DNA of 64,000 nt from positions 22,976 to 86,975 of the forward strand of contig CAVSLC010000012.1 in assembly GCA_963728565.1 (NCBI GenBank), read 5' to 3'. Source of the DNA: an uncultured delta proteobacterium (GTDB taxonomy: Bacteria > Desulfobacterota > Binatia > UBA9968). A model generated the notes under the pieces. That model was not told the origin of the DNA. It did no database searches and worked only from the letters and a program-made list of their open reading frames with translations. Numbering within the stretch: position 1 is the stretch's first letter; every line of letters begins with the position of its first letter. The position numbers were made by a program, and so were the translations under genes. Shown here piece by piece: positions 10,476 to 20,294 of the stretch.

Positions 10476-11186
10476 TTAATCTTGACAAGTGACGGGTGTT
10501 GCCAAAACAAAAAGCTCGTCACCGCGTTTGTGAGAGTTCAGCATGAACAGAGAATAAATAATCAGCGATATCGCCTTGCGAACGGGGCCGAACTGTCCGG
10601 TCGTCCCTTTACTGTCCGTTAGATCCAAGAGGTCACGATAGAGCGGCGAGTAGAACGGAAACCCCCATTGCACAACGGAGATCGCTTTCAAACCGATTGA
10701 TTCAAGTTTCCTGACAAGATCTCCTGGTGCATAATTCCGGACGTGCCCAATCTGTTTCTCGAATGCGCGCATCCGTCCCTGTGGTGTCGAAACCAGCAGG
10801 TATTTGTTGGTCATTTTGCCAAGATTCTCCATTGCGGCAATATCGTCTGGAATGTGCTCTAAGACTTCGCTACAAACAACCAAATCGAATCTTGTATCGA
10901 GTGAAGTCTGGGCGATATCGAGAATCCGGAAATCCCCGTCGGGCATGCGCCGCCGCGCCAATTCGATCGCGGAAGACGAGACGTCCACACCCATCGGTTT
11001 GATGTGAGGGAATTCGGATTTCAATTCCGCCAGCAGCGAGCCTGCCCCACAACCCACATCCAGTACAGATTGAAACTTAAGGGAGCAAATCATCTCTTTG
11101 ATGATACGGTGTAAATGACGATGAAACGGGCCGTAGGTTTGTACATCGCCCCAAGTGGTTTTCCATATGGCTTCGTAATCGACCAC
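10476..11186 (-). CDS. Class I SAM-dependent methyltransferase
   Basis: VLDVGCGAG, FDLVVCSEVLEHI. Confidence 0.88.
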   Translation of the reverse strand: MVDYEAIWKTTWGDVQTYGPFHRHLHRIIKEMICSLKFQSVLDVGCGAGSLLAELKSEFPHIKPMGVDVSSSAIELARRRMPDGDFRILDIAQTSLDTRFDLVVCSEVLEHIPDDIAAMENLGKMTNKYLLVSTPQGRMRAFEKQIGHVRNYAPGDLVRKLESIGLKAISVVQWGFPFYSPLYRDLLDLTDSKGTTGQFGPVRKAISLIIYSLFMLNSHKRGDELFVLATPVTCQD

Positions 11187-11290
11187 GTCCAGTTAAGCCT
11201 CATTTGAGAGAAAAGCCTCGCAGCACGGGCTAGCATGACAATAGGCCGAACAACGGCCCAATAAATTCACGGAGGCGGAGATGGGAGAAT

Positions 11291-12496
11291 TCATTGTATG
11301 TCCTCACAAACCCGATCTTGTCGCGCCACCGACGTACATATGACGCCGCGAGCAATCTGGACGCATAAATCCAAATATCTTTGTGCCATACTTTCCCAAG
11401 AAAACTTGATCGCAATTTGTCGACTCGCCTGCCCCAACCGGTGACGCAATTCTCGATCTCCTGCCAACAAAGTTAGGTGTTCGGTTAGGGCTTGGACATT
11501 TGCCCAGGGCACAACAAACCCATTCACATTTTCGCGTACAAGTTCCGCCGTTCCGCCGGTTTCTGTAACAATCGCCGGCAAACCCGAGGCCATCGCTTCC
11601 AAAAGTGCAATCGACATCCCCTCATTCTGTGAAGGCAAAACAAATGCATCGGCTTCTCTATAAATCTGAGGCATCTTCTCGTTTGAGACAACGCCAACAA
11701 ACTCCACTTCTTCATCTACAAACAAGTCTTTGGCTAATTTCTTGAGAGAAGCCTCCTCGTCTCCCGTTCCAACCAAAGTCAACTTGATTTCTTGCTTCAA
11801 CTTGGGTCGCAAGTTCGCGAAAGCTCGAATAAGATAGGCCTGTCCCTTTCGCTCGATTAAGCGGCCCACAGAGAGGATATTGATCCTGTCACTCTCTGTT
11901 TGCTTTTCCGACGGAAAAAACAGCGTGATGTCAACGCCATTATGGACAATCGGGATGTTCGGTTTGGCTGTTGTATCATGTGCCAACCGACGATGATGAT
12001 CACTGATAGCTGTTACCACGGCCGCATGATGCCAAATATGTCGAATTAACGGTTTTAGAATTAAGTATAAATAAGTGTAGCGAGCTTCAAATCCCGGAAC
12101 ATCCGGCCCTTGCAAAGAAACCAAATAAGGCAATTTGTTGGTAGAATGCAGCGCATAGCTGATCGCCCCCGCGGGCACCGTGGAAAATGCAAAGCTCAAA
12201 GCAAAACGATGCTGCCGGAGGAGTTTTCGACTGTAATCGAAGCCACGCCAAGCATAAGTCAGCAGTTCGCGGTTACTGGCATGGTGGATGTTCTTATTAT
12301 CGACCGGAACTTTATATATAGTAATTCGCTCGCCAAAGCGTTCACTCTCAAAGGTGCTACGTGATCTAGAGGAAGTTACCAAATCGATCCAGAGGTTGGG
12401 CACGGTGTTGAAGAGTCTCAGGAGGTGATAGTTGACTACACCCGTACCGCCGCCCAACGGTGGAAACTCATTGTCAAGCATCAATATACGCATCAC
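11291..12496 (-). CDS. Glycosyltransferase family 4
   Basis: EFPPLGGG, SVGRLIERKG, PSQNEGMSIALLEAMASGLP (E-x7-E). Confidence 0.92.
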   Translation of the reverse strand: MMRILMLDNEFPPLGGGTGVVNYHLLRLFNTVPNLWIDLVTSSRSRSTFESERFGERITIYKVPVDNKNIHHASNRELLTYAWRGFDYSRKLLRQHRFALSFAFSTVPAGAISYALHSTNKLPYLVSLQGPDVPGFEARYTYLYLILKPLIRHIWHHAAVVTAISDHHRRLAHDTTAKPNIPIVHNGVDITLFFPSEKQTESDRINILSVGRLIERKGQAYLIRAFANLRPKLKQEIKLTLVGTGDEEASLKKLAKDLFVDEEVEFVGVVSNEKMPQIYREADAFVLPSQNEGMSIALLEAMASGLPAIVTETGGTAELVRENVNGFVVPWANVQALTEHLTLLAGDRELRHRLGQASRQIAIKFSWESMAQRYLDLCVQIARGVICTSVARQDRVCEDIQ

Positions 12497-13452
12497 TGCC
12501 GTCCGGTCATACGGCGCAAAATGTAAAGCGGCCGTCTTTTGGCCTCTTCAAATATGCGACCGACATATTCGCCAATGACGCCTAAAGTAATCAGTTGAAT
12601 CCCGGCAAGAAAAAATATGGATACGATAATACTGGCATACCCGGGCGGGTTTAGGCCATAGAGAAGTTTTTTTGTAAAGAAGAAAGCCGCCATGATTAGC
12701 GACAATAGGGACACGCTCAGGCCAAGCAGAGTGATGATGCGCAATGGCACATAGCTGAATGAGATCAATCCGTCCAAAGCCAGAAGCATTAACCGCTGGA
12801 TTGTATATTTCGAGCTCCCAGCGTGGCGCAGCTGGCGCTCAAAGGGTACGCCTACCTGGCGCAGCCCCACCCAGCTGCGAATGCCCCGTATGAAACGATT
12901 GCGCTCGGGCATGGTTTTGAGCAAATCCACGACCCGACGGTCCATTATACAAAAATCGCCGGCATCTAAAGGAATATCGATACTTGATACGTGGCGCAGC
13001 AAGCGATAGAACGCCGCGTAACTTGTCTTTTTGAACCAACCTTCTTTGCGCTGCGCACGCACCGCGTATACAACCTCATTGCCCTCGCGCCATTTGGCAA
13101 TGAAGTCGGGCAGCACTTCCGGGGGATCTTGCAGATCCGCGTCCATTACGGCAACAGCTCTCCCGCGCGCGAAATCGAGCCCGGCTGTGATCGCAATCTG
13201 ATGACCAAAGTTGCGTGCCAGACCAATTACCTGAATACGGTTATCCGATGCTTCCAGGTTGTTTAACATCTGCGGGCTTTCGTCGTTGCTACCGTCGTCC
13301 ACGAAAAGGATTTCGAATTCGATCTTTGCACCTTCCAGCACACTTACGAGTCGGTCATAGAGCGTGGGGATGTTTTCCTCTTCGTTGTAGATCGGAACGA
13401 CAACAGTCAATTCCGGCGATGACGCATTCTCAGCCACTAGGCCAAATTTCAT
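12493..13452 (-). CDS. GT2 polyprenyl-phosphate glycosyltransferase (GtrB/YkoT-like)
   Basis: VVVPIYNEEENI, FVDDGS, RNFGHQIAITAG, MDADLQDPP and two C-terminal TM helices. Start set at MKFGLV. Confidence 0.9.
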   Translation of the reverse strand: MKFGLVAENASSPELTVVVPIYNEEENIPTLYDRLVSVLEGAKIEFEILFVDDGSNDESPQMLNNLEASDNRIQVIGLARNFGHQIAITAGLDFARGRAVAVMDADLQDPPEVLPDFIAKWREGNEVVYAVRAQRKEGWFKKTSYAAFYRLLRHVSSIDIPLDAGDFCIMDRRVVDLLKTMPERNRFIRGIRSWVGLRQVGVPFERQLRHAGSSKYTIQRLMLLALDGLISFSYVPLRIITLLGLSVSLLSLIMAAFFFTKKLLYGLNPPGYASIIVSIFFLAGIQLITLGVIGEYVGRIFEEAKRRPLYILRRMTGRQ

Positions 13453-13692
13453 ACTGCCATATTTACGGTCTTGGTCGTCAAAAATGGCTAATGACGCGAT
13501 AGGCATCTGACCGGCAAGTGCTCGGCAAAAGCGCAACGCAGCTTCCGGATTATCGGTGGGAATCCGCGAAACCGACACTAGATCCGTTCGTATCTGTTCA
13601 CCAAGGCTGGGTGCGGCTTTGTTCACGAAGAATCTGGTAGACACAACAAAAGCTATACAGACCGGCATTTTAATGGGTATCCGGTTCTATGG

Positions 13693-15428
13693 CTAGCATA
13701 ATTTCCGATGACCTTCGCGCCTGAACCACGTCCATACTGAGCTATCGGTTAAGCACGGCAAGGAGTCAGACTGCGTCGAAACGGTGGTTATTGCCGGGGC
13801 GTTGATCTTTGATCTGGAGGGCGCGGTAAGGCATAGATTTTGTGCAATCCATCGCTGCTTTCGAAAACAAGCTCGGGTTCGACACTGGTACGACCGCAAT
13901 AGATTCGCGAACAACTCGGCGGCAGCGACCCTTTCGCTGTATCCTTCCAGCGGATTCACGACGAGAAACCGCACGCCAAGCTTGTTCAGGCTATCCCTGA
14001 TTTCCTCAACCGATCCGAGATCGGGCGTGGCGTTGCCGATAAGGATAGAAATAGGTTTCCGGACGGTGGATCCACGGTCTTACAGCCTTTCTTCCGGTGT
14101 AGAGATAGTACATCGGATCGTAGGCGGTCGCGAGAACGTCGTCGCTTCGCGTGTTCTGTTTGATCCAGGAAAAGGTCTCGCCGAAACCGGTCCATCCGTA
14201 CGATGCACGAAAGCCGTGCCCACAGGGCGAGATGATTCCTCGCGGTCGAGTTGGGTATAGCTCCAGAGCCATGCCGCTGTTAAAACCACAACAATGGCGA
14301 TAGGGATGCGGATTGCAAATGGAACTATCGCGGCAGACCAAGTGTTCCGTGGCGCATGGCCGGATGACGGCGGTAGCAGCTTGCGCTCCTTGGAATAACG
14401 AAAGAAGCACGACTGGGAACAGAGGCATCAGATAGCGCGCCGGGTGCCAGGGCCAAGACAGGATCAACACGGTGTAGAGCAAGCATGAAGCCGTTAAAAA
14501 AAACATTTTGCCGCCGCAGTGATGGACCAGAGCCCCCAGATCATCAGGGGATAGATCACGACTCTCAACTCAGGAAGAATATGAAGGAAGCATCATAGAA
14601 TCCACGGTCAGAGCCGAATATAGGAGATTGGCTCCAGATAATCTGAACCGCGAGCACCGGGATCGGAGCCCGCCAAAAAAAAGGCCGGACTTTCGTACGA
14701 TTGATAATAAGCAAGCAGCGGGTTCTCGACGGCGACTGAGCCGTGCATGGCCTGCCATAAGACCCAAGGGAGTATCAGGCAACCGACAACGACAACATAA
14801 AGGTAAAATTGTTTTCGTTGCCTACCGAGAAGCGCATAAGTTAAACCGGCGAGGATCAGCGCCGCGCCGGCGCTACGAAATAAAAAAGCGCTGCCGGCGC
14901 CGGCTGCCAGAAGCACAATCGATCGCGTGCGACTGGTAAAGCCGTTTGCTGGAATTGCGACAAGGTCAAACAAAACAGCGCGGCCGCCATGAACGGGATG
15001 TCGCTCAACGGATAACTGGTCCAGGAAAAAACAAACGCATTCGCCCCGACCAAAAAAACATAGAGAAGGGCATCCGCCTTTCCTCCCTCGGTGTTCTGTA
15101 CATAAAAGACATAGGCCAGCAGGAGAGACGCGAAGTAAGAAAACACTGTGACGAAATTCAGAAGCGAAATGTTACTGGGAAACTGAGGATTGAGACTCCA
15201 CGCCCACGAAAGTAGATACGAATATAAAAACGGGTACTTCGTCTGGTATGGTTCGCCGGGCAAACTAATGATTCGATATCCCTCGCCCTCGCTGAGCGCC
15301 TTTGCGACCACGGCATAAATTCCATCATCATGGAAAAGGCCGATAATGTTTGGCGCCGAGAAAAACGCCAAAGACGACAGACCTAGCGCAAGCAGAAGAA
15401 CCAGCGGCCATGCGCTTCGTAACTTCAT
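13693..15428 (-). pseudogene. Second GT-C-like multi-TM glycosyltransferase, fragmented by several frameshifts (real pseudogene or sequencing error)
   Basis: N-terminal FHDDGIYAVVAKALSEGEGYR...TKYP; consecutive fragments in ORFs 14856-15527, 14608-14973, 14006-14506 (ARYLMPL, DPMYYLYTGR) and 13693-13974. Confidence 0.65.
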
Positions 15429-15808
15429 CGATTGTGCTATGGCGGCGCCTCGATGAAGCGCAGCTGTTGGCTCGCTCGTATGTCGCGGAATGGGAGGACG
15501 AGGACGATCAAAGGTCTGATTGAGCATGCGATTTCCGGGTGGCGACTGGAAGGCAGTTTAAACCAGGTGCTTATTTCTCACCAGTGCTTTTTGATTTACG
15601 GCGCAGCGCTGTCAGGCCGGCAATTCTCCGCTGTGGATTCAAGACTCAACCGCGACCAGATTTATAGCTGAACATGCCTCGCATGTGTAAGGCGACTCCC
15701 CTGAAGGGCCGATGGGAAGGGTGGCAAAAGACAACTTTCTTCGTCGTCTGCGAAAGTAGCAGGCTACCGTGATCTGCCAGGCAAGAATGAGGGTGGGAAC
15801 TTGGTCAT

Positions 15809-16619
15809 CTACAAGCGCAGCACATCGTGCATCCCGTAAAGTCCAGGCTTTTGCCGGGCGAGCCACCGAGCGGCGCGGATAGCGCCGTGGGCGAAGGTGT
15901 CGCGGCTATGCGCGCGGTGGATGAACTCGAGGCGCTCGCCGATGCCACCGAAAATCACCGTATGCTCGCCGACGATGTCGCCGGCGCGAACGGAGAGAAG
16001 AGCGATCTCTTTTTTTGATCGTTCTCCGACAATCCCTTTGCGTCCATGAATACCAACTTTGTCCAAATCACGGCTCAGCGCTCCAGCGATGGCGCGGCCG
16101 AGCGCCAGGGCCGTACCGCTGGGCGCGTCCTTCTTGAACCGGTGGTGCGCCTCGACGATCTCGACGTCGTAATCGTCGCCGAGCATTCTTCGCGGCGGTG
16201 CCGAGCAGGCTCACAAGCACATTCACGCCCAGGCTGGTATTGGCCGACAAGAGAGCCGGCGTCCGGCGCGACAACCGTTTGATCTCCGCGGTTTGCCGAG
16301 GGTCAAACCCTGTTGTCCCGACGACAATGGGCACGGCTTTTTTCGCCGCTGCCCTGATATAAGTCAATGAAGCCTCGGGTCGAGTGAAATCGATGATGAC
16401 AGTTCCGGGTTTGAGGTAAGGCTCGATCTTATCGCTTACAGTAATGCCGAGATTGCCGGCGGCGGAAATTTCGCCGGCGTCTTTTCCCAGCCTCGGGCTA
16501 CCGGGTTTGTCGATGGCGGCAGCTAGCGCCGTTCCCGCGCTTTGCTGGATCGCGCGCACCACCGCTGTGCCCATACGGCCGCCCGCGCCGCAGACGATCA
16601 GGTTGAGATTTTTTGCCAT
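15809..16619 (-). CDS. dapB: 4-hydroxy-tetrahydrodipicolinate reductase (frameshift near 16190)
   Basis: GAGGRMG and VVGTTG in ORF 16068-16619; [15 protein letters not shown] and RAGDIVGEH in ORF 15809-16186. Confidence 0.93.
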
Positions 16620-16655
16620 TAGGTGGAACGAAGTCGAAGAGTCTCGGCCGGCGAT

Positions 16656-17531
16656 CTAATGAATCAAGTGGAAGTCCGCCAATGCGCGTTTGAGCTTCTT
16701 GACATTGCCGTCGGCCATGGGCGTGAGCGGCAGGCGCAGCTCGGCGGTGCATTTACCCATCAGCGCGGCGGCCGTTTTGACCGGTATGGGGTTGGTTTCG
16801 ATGAAAAGGCTGCGGATCAGCGGAGTCAGCTTGAACTGCAAATCGCGCCCTTTCTCCCACTCACCGTTAAGGCAAGCTTCGGTCAGCTGTGACATTTCTC
16901 TGGGTGCGACATTGGCAACCGTCGAAATCACACCTTTGCCGCCCAACGCCATGAGAGAAAACGTCAGCGTATCTTCACCGGAATAAACGGCGAGATTGTC
17001 GCCGCAAAGCCGGATAACGTCGATGGCTTGATCCACTGAGCCAGTCGCTTCTTTAACGCCGGCGATGTTCTTGATTTCGGCCAAGCGGGCCAGCGTCTCC
17101 GGCTCAATTTTCGATCCGGTCCGCCCCGGAATGTTGTATACGATGATCGGAATGCCGACTTCGGACGCAACTGTCTTATAGTGTTGGTAGATTCCTTCCT
17201 GGGTCGGGCGATTGTAATAGGGAGAAATCATCAGCGCGCCGTCGGCGCCTGACTTTTCGGCTGCGCGTGTTAACCGCACGGCTTCGTCCGTCGAATTAGA
17301 ACCGGTCCCCGCGATCACCGGCAGCCGCTTTTTAACGGCTTTGATGACGGCTTTGATGACCTCGTCGTGTTCTTCATGGCTCAAGGTCGCCGACTCGCCA
17401 GTGGTGCCGCACGGCACAATGCCATGGGTGCCGCTCTGGATGTGAAAATCGATCAGCCGTTCAAGACTTTGCCAGTCGACCTTGCCGCCTTTAAAGGGTG
17501 TGATCAAGGCGACCATAGAACCGGTAAACAT
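16656..17531 (-). CDS. dapA: 4-hydroxy-tetrahydrodipicolinate synthase
   Basis: GTTGESATL, YNIPGRTG, GVKEATG, ETNPIPVK. Confidence 0.97.
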   Translation of the reverse strand: MFTGSMVALITPFKGGKVDWQSLERLIDFHIQSGTHGIVPCGTTGESATLSHEEHDEVIKAVIKAVKKRLPVIAGTGSNSTDEAVRLTRAAEKSGADGALMISPYYNRPTQEGIYQHYKTVASEVGIPIIVYNIPGRTGSKIEPETLARLAEIKNIAGVKEATGSVDQAIDVIRLCGDNLAVYSGEDTLTFSLMALGGKGVISTVANVAPREMSQLTEACLNGEWEKGRDLQFKLTPLIRSLFIETNPIPVKTAAALMGKCTAELRLPLTPMADGNVKKLKRALADFHLIH

Positions 17532-17541
17532 CAAACTGCTC

Positions 17542-18363
17542 CTAACTAACTTTGACGCTGCCTTGAAAGACCTCTTCGGCCGCGCCAGTCATATAAACAC
17601 GATTATTGTCGCGCCAGTCGATAAATAGGTCGCCGCCCTTAACATGCACTGTCAGCTTTCTTTCGGTTTTACCGCCGAGCACGCCTGCGACTGCCACTGC
17701 TGACGCGCCGGTGCCGCAAGCCCAGGTTTCGCCTGCGCCGCGCTCCCAGACGCGCATGTTCACCTCATTGGGGCTCAGCACTTTGATGAATTCCGTGTTC
17801 ACTCGTTTAGGGAAAAAGGCGTGATGCTCAAAGAGAGGGCCGATCTTCTCTAAATCGAGAGCATCGATATCGTCGAGGTAGAGCACGCAATGCGGATTGC
17901 CCATGGAGACGCACGTCACGCTGTAAGTCCGGCCTTCGACGATCAGCGGTCGGTTTACGATCTGACCATCGGCATCAACGGGAATCTTGCGTCCCTCGAG
18001 AATCGGCTCACCCATATCGACCTCGACCAAGTCGCCGACGATCCGGGGACGAATAATACCAGCTAGCGTTTCAACTTCCAGTTCCTTGTTCCGTGTCAGA
18101 CCGTGTTCATAAACGTATTTGGCGAAACAACGAATGCCGTTGCCGCACATTTCCACCTGACTGCCGTCGGCGTTGTAAATCTCCATTTTGAAGTCCGCGC
18201 TCCTGGATGGATGCACCGTCAGGAGTTGATCCGCGCCGATGCCGAAGCGCCGATCACAGAGCTTGCCGGCGATAGCGCCTAGATCAGGGATATCGTTTTT
18301 CAGGCAATCTATAAAAATGAAATCATTGCCGCAGCCATGCATCTTGGTAAACGGAATTTCCAT
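17542..18363 (-). CDS. dapF: Diaminopimelate epimerase
   Basis: FTKMHGCGNDF, EMCGNGIRC, GNPH, ERGAGETWACGTG. Confidence 0.97.
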   Translation of the reverse strand: MEIPFTKMHGCGNDFIFIDCLKNDIPDLGAIAGKLCDRRFGIGADQLLTVHPSRSADFKMEIYNADGSQVEMCGNGIRCFAKYVYEHGLTRNKELEVETLAGIIRPRIVGDLVEVDMGEPILEGRKIPVDADGQIVNRPLIVEGRTYSVTCVSMGNPHCVLYLDDIDALDLEKIGPLFEHHAFFPKRVNTEFIKVLSPNEVNMRVWERGAGETWACGTGASAVAVAGVLGGKTERKLTVHVKGGDLFIDWRDNNRVYMTGAAEEVFQGSVKVS

Positions 18364-18378
18364 CTCATTCGAACCTTG

Positions 18379-18503
18379 CAGGCTGCGGAAAAAGAGTCAT
18401 ATGATGAGTTGCACTCCGTCGACTCGCTTCAACGTACTGAAGCGGACGCCTCAGCTCGTTGAACGTCACGCGCTTCGGCTCTGAGATCTTTTCGAACAGC
18501 CTG
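18379..18503. repeat. ~125-bp intergenic palindromic (MITE/REP-like) element, copy 1
   Basis: Imperfect terminal IRs caggctgcggaaaaaga / tcttttcgaacagcctg; homologous to 60917-61042. Confidence 0.7.
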
Positions 18504-18582
18504 ATGAAAACATTTTCCAAATCGGCCTTAACTCGACCTTCGTCACCTTCAACCTTTGAACATTGAAACGTTTGAATGGTCC

Positions 18583-19854
18583 TTATTGTAGCGCCGCCGG
18601 TATTGTCTCGCCACTGATCAAATCTTCAAAAGACTCGCGTTTACGGACAACGTAGTATTTGTCGCCGTCAACGAGAACCTCGGGAGCCTTCGGATGAGAA
18701 TTGTAGTTCGATGCCATAGTAAAACCATACGCGCCGGCGCTCATGACTGCCAACAAATCGCCGCGTTGCGGCCGCGTGATGTCGCGATCCTTAGCGAGGA
18801 AATCGCCGCTCTCGCAAATCGGACCGACGACATCCGCGACGATCTTCTCGGCTCTGGTTTCCACCACCGGACGGATCGCCTGATAGGACCCGTAAAGCGC
18901 CGGACGTATGAGATCGTTCATGCCGCCGTCGACGATTACGAAGTTTTTGGCTTCATTCTCTTTGACGTATTGGACCTCAGTGACAAGAATGCCGGCATTG
19001 CCGACGATCACTCGCCCGGGCTCCAGTATCAATGTAACGTCCAGACCTTCCAAGCCTTCGATGATCGCCCTGGCGTATTCCTCCGGCTGCGGTGGAGTTT
19101 CATCGTTATAATTGATGCCCAGCCCCCCGCCCAAATCGAGGTAACGAATCTGCGCGCCTTCTTTTTCTAACGATCCCACCAGCACGCGATCGAGATACTC
19201 TCGGACCCTGGCCAAAGCATCGACGAATGGCGAAAGAGACGTTAGCTGCGAACCGATGTGACAATCGACCCCAACGACGTCGACGTTGGGCAATGCTGCG
19301 GCTTTCTTGTAAGTCTCCAATGATTTTTTGATTTCGACGCCGAACTTCGCTTTCTTCATCCCCGTCGAGATGTAAGGATGAGTTTGCGGATCGACGTCAG
19401 GGTTGACCCGTATACTGATCGGAGCTTTCTTGCCGATGGCGCGGGCGATTTCGTTCAAAGCCACCAATTCGTCTTCGGACTCGACGTTGAACATCAAAAT
19501 CTCCGAATTGAGGGCGTACTCGATTTCATCCTTTTTCTTGCCCACGCCAGAGAACACGATCTTTTTCGGATCGCCGCCGGCCTTTAGTGCGCGGAACAGC
19601 TCGCCGCCGGAAACAATATCGAACCCGCTGCCTTCCTTGGCGAAGGTTCTGAGCACGGTCAGATTTGAGTTGGCCTTAACCGAGAAGCAAACAATGTGCG
19701 GAACCTTGGCAAAAGCCTGATCAAAGACCTGGTAGTGCCGTTTCAATGTCGCTAAGCTGTAAATATAAGCCGGCGTGCCGACTTCACGGGCGATGCGTTT
19801 TACCGCCACCCCTTCTGCATACATTTCCCCATTTCGATACTCAAAATGATTCAT
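18583..19854 (-). CDS. lysA: Diaminopimelate decarboxylase
   Basis: FSVKANSN (PLP lysine), HIGSQL, DLGGG, EPGR, GPICESGD. Confidence 0.97.
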   Translation of the reverse strand: MNHFEYRNGEMYAEGVAVKRIAREVGTPAYIYSLATLKRHYQVFDQAFAKVPHIVCFSVKANSNLTVLRTFAKEGSGFDIVSGGELFRALKAGGDPKKIVFSGVGKKKDEIEYALNSEILMFNVESEDELVALNEIARAIGKKAPISIRVNPDVDPQTHPYISTGMKKAKFGVEIKKSLETYKKAAALPNVDVVGVDCHIGSQLTSLSPFVDALARVREYLDRVLVGSLEKEGAQIRYLDLGGGLGINYNDETPPQPEEYARAIIEGLEGLDVTLILEPGRVIVGNAGILVTEVQYVKENEAKNFVIVDGGMNDLIRPALYGSYQAIRPVVETRAEKIVADVVGPICESGDFLAKDRDITRPQRGDLLAVMSAGAYGFTMASNYNSHPKAPEVLVDGDKYYVVRKRESFEDLISGETIPAALQ

Positions 19855-20294
19855 TATGGACCTCGCGTAGCTTCAACTTCATTGGACGGGTTGCTTAACG
19901 ATCCATCCTTCAACTGCGACGACACCCGGTAGCGATAAATCGTCTGTGCTTGGGCATTTTCATCAATGAAGCGATACTGCTTTTGTTTGACGAATTTCTC
20001 CCGATCCTCGACGTTCACGGCAGCCAGGGGCCGATACGGCACCGGACATTCCGGGCACGTTGGCGAGAGATCTTTGCGAAAGATAACAAACCCGGTCAGA
20101 TCGGTGAGTGATCTGCCGTCGACATACTCGGTGGGGCGGCTCCAGGTGAGTACAATGCCATTGCGGTCCGGTTTTGCCGTGAGGTTCTTAATAAGCTGCG
20201 GCATCGCTAATTCGGGAGCGCGCGGCTCACCCTTTTTACCGCAACCGATACACAGCACTACGATTATACTGCCTAGGGTAAAGAAAGTTTTCAT
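19854..20294 (-). CDS. Lipoprotein with FN3-like domain, coupled to lysA
   Basis: Lipobox CIGC followed by GKKGEP; LTWSRP and YRYRV. Confidence 0.7.
   Translation of the reverse strand: MKTFFTLGSIIVVLCIGCGKKGEPRAPELAMPQLIKNLTAKPDRNGIVLTWSRPTEYVDGRSLTDLTGFVIFRKDLSPTCPECPVPYRPLAAVNVEDREKFVKQKQYRFIDENAQAQTIYRYRVSSQLKDGSLSNPSNEVEATRGP

Noticed and set aside
15530-15805. Possible tRNA or riboswitch at the right boundary of the GT island, and in the 50350-50650 APE leader
   Set aside because: No cloverleaf, T-loop or known aptamer consensus could be recognised by eye; an Rfam/tRNAscan search would be needed.
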